From a virus (taxonomy: Duplodnaviria; Caudoviricetes): DNA of 30,642 bases. The position numbers and the translations under genes are program-made. The notes beneath the pieces were generated by a model. That model had not been told where the DNA came from, did no database searches, and was given only the letters and a program-made list of their open reading frames with translations. Shown here one piece after another: positions 10,601 through 17,355 of this stretch. The number at the start of each line of letters is the position of its first letter. The first letter of the stretch is position 1. Location: IMG/VR virus record IMGVR_UViG_3300030090_000464, positions 1-30,642 of that record. The stretch is one strand, 5' to 3'.

Positions 10601-13600
10601 AAATAAAAAGAAACCCTGTAACAGGTACAGCTAAAGTAGGTAGTGTAGCTTTGTTAATGACAGGAGTTGCAGCAGGTTTAAATGCAATAAGAAGTAATGG
10701 AGAAAGTTTAGAAAAAGAACCTAATGAAATTATATTAGATTCTGTTAGTCGTTGGGGTGGATTAGGTTTTGGGGAGTATATACAAAACATTAGAAAGAAT
10801 CAAGAAATAGGTGGAGGAACTTTAGGCTCTGTAGCTAAAGGTATATCAGGCCCTATTGTTGGTGATGTTGTAGATAGTATTCTTTACCGTAAAGGCCCTA
10901 ATGAATTTTTAATGACTAATATGCCCGGATACTCTGCATTAGATATGGCATCTTCTGGAATAAAAGCTGTGACAGGAGATGAAACAGATATTAAAGGTAA
11001 TTTAAAAAGTCTTGCAAGAGAACAAGATTATATTATTGATGTAGGTTTAGGATTAAGAAAACCTAGAGAGCCTATAAATCCTTATACAAAAGGAAATAAA
11101 TTTTATAGAGATGCTAGAAAAGAAATTTATGGATATGCAGAAGGCGGTACAGTAGATGAAGAAATAAAAGGTATATCTAAAAATCCTAGTACTAAAATAG
11201 ATAAGATGACAGGTGTTCCTTACTCTGAACAAGCTGGAGATATTATAGAGGATAGAGAAGAATTTGTAACAGGAGGTTTTGCAAAGTTAGCTAAAGAAAC
11301 TCTTTCTTCTATTTTAAATTTAAGTTCTAAAGAAATTGATGAAGATCCTAGATTAAACTATACAAATAAATTATTTTTAAATCAAAAAGATATTGAAGAA
11401 GATCCTTTAGATGATTTTACAGGATTAACTATTGAGCAAGGCCCTGAAGAACAATTAAGAATTAGAAACTTAGTGTTAGATGATTCAGAGTTTAAAGATG
11501 ATTATGTTCACATAAGAAACCCTGAAGCTGATGAACGTACTTTAATGCCTCGTGTTACTCCTATGGAATATAAAGAAGATGAGATAGGATCTAATTTATA
11601 TAACTATAAAGGTACTCCATATAATGAAGTAACCTCTAATGATGTATTGTTAAGAGCTAGTAGAAGTTTGGATTATGAAGGTGACATACCTAACGCTCCA
11701 TTTCTGTTAGTATACGATGATAAATTTTTAAATGTATTTCAAAATCTTGAAACTAGAAAAGCTTTAAACAGCATAAGAAAAGATTATGAAAAAGAATTAG
11801 AACAAATAAAACAGATAGATAACTTAGATACTAAATATCCTGAGTTTAATTCTGCTTACTTTGCTCAAAAAATACTTTCTAAATACAATGACAAATTTTC
11901 AAATATTCTTCTTAACGAAGGCTATGATGTTATTGGTTACTTTCCTAAATCACAAACTAATTTATCTAAAGAACTAACAGATATACAAGGTTCTTATATA
12001 ATAGATAAAATATTAACTGCTAAAGGAACTGAAGATAAATCTAAATCTGTAAAAGATGCATTAGGTAGATATAGCCCAGAAGAATTACAAGAACTTCTTA
12101 GTTTAGAATCAATGAGTAGAGCAAGAAGAGATAAAGAAATAAAAGATACTTATGAAACTATTAAAAGAGTAAATCCTGCAACTAATCAAACTTTTAAACA
12201 ACGAATAAAACTTCCTGAAGAAATAAAAGCTGAATATGAAAAAGATAAAAAGATACCTTTGGAAGTCTTTAAAAGAGAAGAAACAGGCTATGAAGATTTA
12301 GTAGGGCCTACAGATCCTGAAATAGATGATCCTGTTACAAGAATGGCTGAGCCTGTATATAAAATAACTGATGGTATTCGTAGAAAAAGATCTTACATAC
12401 TTTTAAACCCAGAAGCTCAATTAATTAATTTGCATAAAACTGCTAAACCTTCTCAAAAAGAAATAGATTTTGTTAATGCTAGACCAACTCAAGAAAAGAT
12501 TGATTTTATTAACGAAGGCAATGTTACTAATCTTCCTGTTAAAGCTATTACTAATATACTAGATAATGAAAAAACTTTTCATATGGTTAGTACTGCTTCT
12601 TCTGCTACTGATATGGGTCAAATAATTTCTTATCATCCTTTAACTAATAAATTTTTAAGAGATGTTAGAAATAGTATAGATATAGGAAGTGATCTGCCTA
12701 TTGAAGAGTTTACTGCTGAATCTTTTAATGTTGCTGAAGCTTCTATAAGTCCTAGTGGAATGATACGAATGGATTTAGAAGGGCCTTATGGAATTATAAA
12801 TAGAATTAAAACTGGACGTATGAAAACTAAATTTGAAGCTTTGCTTAAAGAAGGTCAGTATTCTAGAGAAGATGCAAATACAAGTTATTTTAATATAGGC
12901 AATACTGGCAATGCAAAAGAAGATTACAAAGAAGTAATAGATTTTATTATATTTCATGAAAGAGCGCATAATAGAATCAAACGTAAACCTAATGAAGATC
13001 CTTATGATTATGAAAAAAGAATAAATCAAATTGCTATAGCTAAATTAAAACAACAAGCTACTTATGAAAAGTTAGTAGAGATTTTAAATAAACAAAGCAA
13101 AACAGAAGATATAAAATATGTAAGAATGGATACGTTTGGAGGACAAGAGGTTCCTGTGCTTTATAAAAATGTATACACAAAAGAAAATGTAGTTAATTTA
13201 GTTAAAAATAATGCTGGAGAACCTTCTAAACTTTGGTTTCATCCTTTAGATAATAATATATTAAATCCTTTAGCTAGACATTGGAGACTTCTTAATATAG
13301 AAGATCAAGATATTTTAGATAGATTAGAGCCTGATACTATTAGAAAATATATAGAAGAACAAGATGAAATAAAACTTCATAAGCATGAAGCTAATAAAAA
13401 TAGATTTGTTAGAGATGTTTATCAACGATTAGGTGATGAAGGACAAGTAGAAGAAGAAATAGAATTAGGAAAAGGTAAGCTAGGTGTTGCAGATATTGCA
13501 GAAGAATTAGATAGAAATCTTAAAATGGAAAAAAGATATGATGATCCAGTCCCTGAAAAATCAGCTATACTTTATAAGAGAGGCAGAACTTGGACAAGAA

Positions 13601-14052
13601 CTCCTCCTCCTGCAATGGAAACTGGATTAACTCCTCAAACTAATCCTCAAGTAATTAGGGCACCTTCTAAGAAACAAGCTAAAGTAGCGGTACTTAAAAA
13701 CACAGAAGGTTTAAATGAAGAAGAAATAAATTTAATGTCTGATGCTTGGTTGTATAAAGAAACTGGAGGTGCTTATGGTAGGTTTGAACCTTTAAAAAAA
13801 TACGTTGAAAATAATTTACCTTTCTCTCAAGGGTTAGGAACACAAGCTTTTATACAAGATTTAATAAATGAATTTACAGCAGTACCTAATGTACGAGGAA
13901 AGTTAGCTAAAGCATTAAGAAGAAAAACTAAAGTTAAACCTATTGGTAATATTCCTTATAAAGATTTTAATCAAGGTTCTTTAGTTAAAGTTTTAAGAAC
14001 TAAAAAAATAAATGGTGGATTACTTAATAGATTAAAAAGGAAAGTTGTTTAA
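7639..14052 (+). CDS. Very large internal virion/ejection protein with polyvalent-like C-terminal extension (HExxH motif)
   Basis: 2137 aa; Gly/Ala hydrophobic segments (IGLSAAMGGILGGAFG; VALLMTGVAAG) as in T7 gp16-like ejected proteins; C-terminal half contains HERAH (12955-12969) and GYDVIGY...SYILLNP. Confidence 0.65.
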   Translation: MITQFPTSFGLPSQTTFKRALRDETLDDLENDDEYINRASRFLQSLGEKESDVDDLYEYFRDADWNLASGANRAFNELPNFTDQQKQDYRYLKQRFDKADTGSMSQYLSAARDIGIDIVTDPMSILSAMFIPLTGGASVATRAALGEATRMGLKQVGKGFAQSKPLLAVAKKEKIEPVQKGAALVKTKLARKQALQKYYKDQVKYYGTLGAAEGSIWAGMDEYLRQERDDVDGIDLRYGMDYSDIGLSAAMGGILGGAFGAVPTKLGQKFSPEVRNSLHKFADETQLDESDLIFKANRAKDIFIANTIGKPTTRLMTISKYSPTLQKLLTTFRYDTYKGIEDIDLEAVRKGDEPITRSYKETADDYEGRYMVAYEDAVRPLLKGKKLTKKDEQILTELMRSKEAQDIFEEQIVDADRIKKVKELFPNASIDHIKTYAAVRNLSNRVLGDGQKVGIYRQALKAGPNAWFPRRWKWSVVDEDRDELAKIMVDSNAVVVDDNIALELIDESNRENLSNLISLENNIVDLIDNTKNKNYEDIIQIARSYNIDIPKEGDIELAAVTFGKQLTEARNAKRELINTIPSSRRLTDEKYKAANNVIDEMLGKKDLLHQIDGDTLGTILPSSFSPRNLFMLDDKDIAKFIDDDFDLLMRDYFSSSARLYARKQLFGANVNEFKERFIDDIRDELKAAGGSLKGKDAEELVKIYEYATGLNQQGFNSNVANTLSDYSKLSQQLAHLPLATLSSFTEMLIPLTRVDADIYAKGVGKAFKNASTSFYDNTKKLLQDDHNLGREEAHREMHRVMLGLEQAIAQRIDSLAGEGVQSPLARKIQNVFFKGNLLSQWTRTVQLAAFTMGKDMITRNLRIVKNLEAKGIKNLTKGEKRKLDDATLQLYDLNVDINRGKTWIDRGESKYHKISEDRFTGMKKWDDFYENHIMKGAARFANEVILDPSKAAVTRPHAQQHPVGTILFQFLGYPTAFTNTVLKNYYTQIKRNPVTGTAKVGSVALLMTGVAAGLNAIRSNGESLEKEPNEIILDSVSRWGGLGFGEYIQNIRKNQEIGGGTLGSVAKGISGPIVGDVVDSILYRKGPNEFLMTNMPGYSALDMASSGIKAVTGDETDIKGNLKSLAREQDYIIDVGLGLRKPREPINPYTKGNKFYRDARKEIYGYAEGGTVDEEIKGISKNPSTKIDKMTGVPYSEQAGDIIEDREEFVTGGFAKLAKETLSSILNLSSKEIDEDPRLNYTNKLFLNQKDIEEDPLDDFTGLTIEQGPEEQLRIRNLVLDDSEFKDDYVHIRNPEADERTLMPRVTPMEYKEDEIGSNLYNYKGTPYNEVTSNDVLLRASRSLDYEGDIPNAPFLLVYDDKFLNVFQNLETRKALNSIRKDYEKELEQIKQIDNLDTKYPEFNSAYFAQKILSKYNDKFSNILLNEGYDVIGYFPKSQTNLSKELTDIQGSYIIDKILTAKGTEDKSKSVKDALGRYSPEELQELLSLESMSRARRDKEIKDTYETIKRVNPATNQTFKQRIKLPEEIKAEYEKDKKIPLEVFKREETGYEDLVGPTDPEIDDPVTRMAEPVYKITDGIRRKRSYILLNPEAQLINLHKTAKPSQKEIDFVNARPTQEKIDFINEGNVTNLPVKAITNILDNEKTFHMVSTASSATDMGQIISYHPLTNKFLRDVRNSIDIGSDLPIEEFTAESFNVAEASISPSGMIRMDLEGPYGIINRIKTGRMKTKFEALLKEGQYSREDANTSYFNIGNTGNAKEDYKEVIDFIIFHERAHNRIKRKPNEDPYDYEKRINQIAIAKLKQQATYEKLVEILNKQSKTEDIKYVRMDTFGGQEVPVLYKNVYTKENVVNLVKNNAGEPSKLWFHPLDNNILNPLARHWRLLNIEDQDILDRLEPDTIRKYIEEQDEIKLHKHEANKNRFVRDVYQRLGDEGQVEEEIELGKGKLGVADIAEELDRNLKMEKRYDDPVPEKSAILYKRGRTWTRTPPPAMETGLTPQTNPQVIRAPSKKQAKVAVLKNTEGLNEEEINLMSDAWLYKETGGAYGRFEPLKKYVENNLPFSQGLGTQAFIQDLINEFTAVPNVRGKLAKALRRKTKVKPIGNIPYKDFNQGSLVKVLRTKKINGGLLNRLKRKVV

Positions 14053-14423
14053 TGTCTTTTAAATATTTTACATCGGATGAACTTAAATGTCAACATTGTG
14101 GTGCAGAAGGAATTGATGGTTACTTCATGGCTAAAATAGATAATCTTCGTGAAGAGCTAGGATTCCCGTTTCCTGTTACTTCTGGCTATCGTTGTCCAGA
14201 ACACCCCATAGAAGCTCGTAAGAAGGCTCCGGGGGCGCATACGACAGGTCAGGCTATAGATATAGGGGTATCTGGAAACGAGGCTTATATCTTAATAGAG
14301 GCCGCTATACGAGATAACTTCACAGGGATAGGAATTAATCAGAAAGGAGAAGGTAGGTTTATACATTTAGATATTATACCTCATGCACCTAGCTCACCTC
14401 GTCCTTGGATTTGGAGTTACTAA
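14052..14423 (+). CDS. Endolysin, Zn peptidase family M15 (D-Ala-D-Ala carboxypeptidase-like)
   Basis: Motifs YFTSDELKCQHCG, TSGYRC, GAHTTGQAIDI (H-x6-D) and FIHLD. Confidence 0.9.
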   Translation: MSFKYFTSDELKCQHCGAEGIDGYFMAKIDNLREELGFPFPVTSGYRCPEHPIEARKKAPGAHTTGQAIDIGVSGNEAYILIEAAIRDNFTGIGINQKGEGRFIHLDIIPHAPSSPRPWIWSY

Positions 14424-14626
14424 TGGTTTTGTATGCTGAATCATTATTAGTTATGTTGTATTCAATTTATCTAAAACATCAAACTAAAGTAGGGTTGGAT
14501 GTATTGCAACTAGAAGATTTTAGATTAATGTTTGAAGAAGAACAAGAAGCTCTTTCAAAACTTTTAGAAGATGAAAATCCTGACATTACAAATGAAATAG
14601 AAACGGAGAAAGTAACATGGCACTAG
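14423..14626 (+). CDS. Hypothetical protein (start re-called to 14423)
   Basis: TAATG overlap with the endolysin stop and GGAG at 14413-14416; MVLYAESLL...KVTWH. Confidence 0.6.
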   Translation: MVLYAESLLVMLYSIYLKHQTKVGLDVLQLEDFRLMFEEEQEALSKLLEDENPDITNEIETEKVTWH

Positions 14627-14991
14627 GAGTAGGAGCTATTGTTAAATCTGTAGCTGGATTAGGACAGACTTGGCTAGAAGGTAAAGTTGCTAAGACTAAA
14701 GCCAAGGCAGAAGCTGAAGCAGCGGTCATGGTTAAACAAGCTGAGTCAGTAGCAGATTGGGAAACAGCTATGGCTAGATCATCTCAACAGTCTTGGAAGG
14801 ATGAGTGGCTAACAATATTATTTAGTATACCGTTAGTATTGGCTTTTATACCTGCCACAGTTCCGTATGTTGAAGAAGGTTTTAGAGTATTACAAAATAT
14901 GCCTGAGTGGTATCACTATGCTTTAAGTGTAATAGTAGCAGCATCGTTTGGGGTTAGATCTGTAATAGGCATAATGAATAAAAAGAAATGA
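14617..14991 (+). CDS. Holin, 3TM/GTA-holin-like
   Basis: SWKDEWLTILFSIPLVLAFIP and PEWYHYALSVIVAASFGVR, basic C-terminus; close to the endolysin. Confidence 0.75.
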   Translation: MALGVGAIVKSVAGLGQTWLEGKVAKTKAKAEAEAAVMVKQAESVADWETAMARSSQQSWKDEWLTILFSIPLVLAFIPATVPYVEEGFRVLQNMPEWYHYALSVIVAASFGVRSVIGIMNKKK

Positions 14992-15458
14992 TATTTGAAT
15001 CCATTGCAGCGGTGACAGCAGCATTAAGTGCTGTAAATGGATTGATTGGTCAGGTTAAAGAATCTGGTGGTCATATAGGTTCTGTATTAGATAGAATGCA
15101 AGCTATCAATTCAGGTATGCAAAAATTAGAAATAGAAAAACGTGAGTCTTTAGTACAACCTTTAACACCACAGGAGGCTATGAAGTTAGCTATGGCTAAA
15201 AGACAGATGGAAAGGTTTCACGAAGAGCTAAGAAACATGGCAGTTCTTTCTAGAGATCATCAAAAATTTGTAGATGATTACTTTCAAGTAATAGCAGAGT
15301 CTAAAGCTCAACATGAAGCTTCAGTTAAAGCTGTTATAGAAAAACGTAAACAAAGAAAACAATTATTACATGATCTTTTTGTTTGGACTTCAGTAAGTGG
15401 AATTGGATTAATAATAGCTGCAATAATAATTGCATTAGTTATAGCATTATTGAAATGA
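14988..15458 (+). CDS. Coiled-coil protein with C-terminal transmembrane helix
   Basis: ATGA overlap; helical body, C-terminal IGLIIAAIIIALVIALL. Confidence 0.7.
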   Translation: MIFESIAAVTAALSAVNGLIGQVKESGGHIGSVLDRMQAINSGMQKLEIEKRESLVQPLTPQEAMKLAMAKRQMERFHEELRNMAVLSRDHQKFVDDYFQVIAESKAQHEASVKAVIEKRKQRKQLLHDLFVWTSVSGIGLIIAAIIIALVIALLK

Positions 15459-15670
15459 AAATAATGGCTTTTATGTTGGTTGTTATCATCAATGGTAACA
15501 CACTAGAAAATGATGGGTGGTATTTTAGAAATGTTTATCGTTGTAATACATTTGCTCATGCAGTAGAACATGGCAATGTAAATCAATACGATAGAAGAGA
15601 TAGGCAACACAATATCTCTGCATACTGTGTTCCTGTAACAGTTCCTAAAACTACACAGTTTTGGGATTAA
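15455..15670 (+). CDS. Small two-Cys hypothetical protein (start re-called to 15455)
   Basis: ATGA overlap with previous stop; MKIMAFMLVVIING...YFRNVYRCNTFA...SAYCVPV. Confidence 0.65.
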   Translation: MKIMAFMLVVIINGNTLENDGWYFRNVYRCNTFAHAVEHGNVNQYDRRDRQHNISAYCVPVTVPKTTQFWD

Positions 15671-15710
15671 ATTAAACTAAACTATATGGAGGTAATAAGA
15701 TCTACAAACT

Positions 15711-15896
15711 ATGATAAAATTTATACTTGTAATTATTTTAAACACAACCCCACAATATATTCAAGTATTTCATGACAGAGAACAATGTTCTATGACTGCA
15801 AATTTAATAAATAAAACTGAAAATGTACAAAGCTATTGTGTTCCTGCTGGAACTAATATAATAGCAACAGTACCTATAAAAGAAATAACAGGATAA
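15711..15896 (+). CDS. Small two-Cys hypothetical protein, similar to the preceding gene
   Basis: MIKFILVIILN...VFHDREQCSMTA...QSYCVPA; same motif layout as 15455-15670. Confidence 0.6.
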   Translation: MIKFILVIILNTTPQYIQVFHDREQCSMTANLINKTENVQSYCVPAGTNIIATVPIKEITG

Positions 15897-15900
15897 TTTT

Positions 15901-16092
15901 ATGGCTACCAAGAAGACCAAGAAAAAATCTACCGTTAACAAAGCTGGTAATTATACTAAACCTACTATGAGAAAGAATTTGTTTAATAAAATTAAAGCAG
16001 GTTCCAAAGGAGGTAAGCCCGGACAATGGAGCGCACGTAAGGCTCAGATGTTGGCTAAACAGTATAAAGCAAAAGGTGGTGGATACAAATAA
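15901..16092 (+). CDS. Basic small protein, DUF5872-like N-terminal part
   Basis: NYTKPTMR...IKAGSKGGKPGQWSARKAQMLAKQYKAKGGGY motif. Confidence 0.8.
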   Translation: MATKKTKKKSTVNKAGNYTKPTMRKNLFNKIKAGSKGGKPGQWSARKAQMLAKQYKAKGGGYK

Positions 16093-16334
16093 TGGCACTT
16101 AAAAAATCTCAAAAATCTTTAAAGAAGTGGACTAAACAGAAATGGAGAACTCCTAGTGGTAAGAAGTCTTCAGAAACTGGAGAAGTCTATGCTCCTTCAG
16201 CTACTATAAAAAAATTAAAATCAACTAAAGCTGGAAGAGCAAAGCTTGCAGCAGCTAATAAAAAGAAAAGAGAAGCTACTAAAAAAGGTAAACAACATGC
16301 AAAGCATGGACTACATAAAGGAAAAAAACGATGA
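16092..16334 (+). CDS. Basic small protein, DUF5872-like C-terminal part
   Basis: SQKSLKKWTKQKWRT...TGEVYAP...ANKKKREATKKGKQH; TAATG-coupled to the previous ORF. Confidence 0.75.
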   Translation: MALKKSQKSLKKWTKQKWRTPSGKKSSETGEVYAPSATIKKLKSTKAGRAKLAAANKKKREATKKGKQHAKHGLHKGKKR

Positions 16335-16645
16335 GAGAAGAATACAAAAAAGGAAGTAAAGCTAAGAAAAAAGATTCACGCTTAAAAAATGCAGGAGTCT
16401 CTGGCTATAACAAACCTAAAAGAACTCCGAGTCATCCTACTAAATCTCATGTAGTAGTAGCAAAAGTTGGAGATAAAATAAAAACTATACGGTTTGGACA
16501 ACAAGGTGTTAGAGGAGCAGGTAAGAATCCTAAAACTGCTAAAGATAAAGCACGTAAAAGATCTTACTATGCTAGACATAATGCTCAAGATGCCAAGCCA
16601 TCTAAGCTTAGTGCTAGGTATTGGTCACATAAAGTAAAATGGTAG
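16331..16645 (+). CDS. Basic small protein, DUF5754/DUF6321-like
   Basis: KPKRTP...KSHVVVAK...IRFGQQG...RSYYARH...SARYWSHKVKW motif set; ATGA overlap. Confidence 0.75.
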   Translation: MREEYKKGSKAKKKDSRLKNAGVSGYNKPKRTPSHPTKSHVVVAKVGDKIKTIRFGQQGVRGAGKNPKTAKDKARKRSYYARHNAQDAKPSKLSARYWSHKVKW

Positions 16646-16673
16646 TAATTATTATGTAATATTAAATAATACA

Positions 16674-16720
16674 CGTTCATCCTTTACAGGACGGAAGTAG
16701 GCATAATGCTGAAGGAACGC
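16674..16720 (+). ncRNA. Glutamine-I riboswitch (glnA RNA motif)
   Basis: CGUUC-A-UCCU-uuac-AGGA-CGGAAGUA-GGCA-uaa-UGCU-GAAG-GAACG-C. P1 = 16674-78/16715-19, P2 = 16680-83/16688-91, P3 = 16700-03/16707-10, with the GGAAGUA/GAA E-loop junction of the glnA motif. Lies 5' of a YRG-peptide gene. Confidence 0.88.
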
Positions 16721-16756
16721 ATTGATGATGTTTATCAATCTAACTGGAGGTATATT

Positions 16757-16915
16757 ATGACTGAGTACTATAGAGGCTTTAAAAATGAAAACGAATCTGA
16801 AACATTTTCTGGTATGAAATCTGGAATTTATAGAGGAGTAAAGTGGTATGCAACAACAACAACAAATCAAAACAAAAAAAGAAAAAGAAGAGCATCTAAA
16901 ACAACAACAAAATAA
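16757..16915 (+). CDS. DUF4278-like YRG-motif peptide (52 aa; start re-called from 16706)
   Basis: SD GGAGG at 16746-16750, ATG at 16757; MTEYYRGFK...SGIYRGVKW has two YRG motifs, the hallmark of peptides downstream of glutamine riboswitches. Confidence 0.75.
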   Translation: MTEYYRGFKNENESETFSGMKSGIYRGVKWYATTTTNQNKKRKRRASKTTTK

Positions 16916-16931
16916 AAGGCATAATCAGTAA
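16848..16931 (+). CDS. Putative Gln-rich leader/coupling peptide (27 aa; not in ORF track)
   Basis: MQQQQQIKTKKEKEEHLKQQQNKRHNQ; SD GAGGAG at 16833-16838; TAA 16929-16931 overlaps the ATG at 16931. Confidence 0.55.
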   Translation: MQQQQQIKTKKEKEEHLKQQQNKRHNQ

Positions 16932-17155
16932 TGGGTGTAGAAGATTTTTTTGGTGGGCCTGAACTACCTGAAACAAGTGTTATAAAAACAAATGCAGATG
17001 TTGTAGCTCATGTAGCTGAAGCTATAGCAGGTTCAAATGATTTAGATTTATCTAAAGCTTTATTTGAAATATTAAATAAACACTCTGAAGTTGTCTTGGA
17101 AACAAGTCAAAAGATAATGTGTAAATATAAAATGCATTTACAATCAGTCAAATGA
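16931..17155 (+). CDS. Hypothetical protein (74 aa)
   Basis: ORF track; phage-like codon usage; ATGA overlap with next gene. Confidence 0.7.
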   Translation: MGVEDFFGGPELPETSVIKTNADVVAHVAEAIAGSNDLDLSKALFEILNKHSEVVLETSQKIMCKYKMHLQSVK

Positions 17156-17355
17156 TTGAGCCAACATCACCATCAATACCTGTTGGTACATGGGCTAAAC
17201 ATAATACTACAGAAGTAGTTAGACATGATAAGAAGAATGGAGAAGAGCTTAGACTACAGACAGTCTTCAGGACTGTTTACTATGAGTTTGCTGATGGTAG
17301 AGTTCAACTAAAAAATTATACATCTCAAAACTCTACGATAAACTTAACTGCTTAA
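17152..17355 (+). CDS. Hypothetical protein (67 aa), last gene of the + arm
   Basis: ORF track; stop overlaps the convergent stop in TTAA at 17352-17355. Confidence 0.65.
   Translation: MIEPTSPSIPVGTWAKHNTTEVVRHDKKNGEELRLQTVFRTVYYEFADGRVQLKNYTSQNSTINLTA

Noticed and set aside
16621-16673. Possible NtcA box or sigma54/sigma70 promoter upstream of the riboswitch
   Set aside because: GTA at 16656 is followed by N8-TAA, not TAC. There is no GG-N10-GC, and the AT-rich -10-like hexamers lack a convincing -35.
16706-16756. ORF-track start at 16706 for the YRG peptide
   Set aside because: Lies inside the riboswitch aptamer; the strong SD GGAGG supports ATG 16757.
115-16870. Minus-strand ORFs in the + arm (115-303, 1155-1376, 1932-2159, 2403-2717, 10599-10790, 12775-13029, 15874-16098, 16382-16588, 16652-16870)
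   Set aside because: Antisense shadows of well-supported + genes, mostly with F/S/I/C-rich composition and no recognisable motifs.
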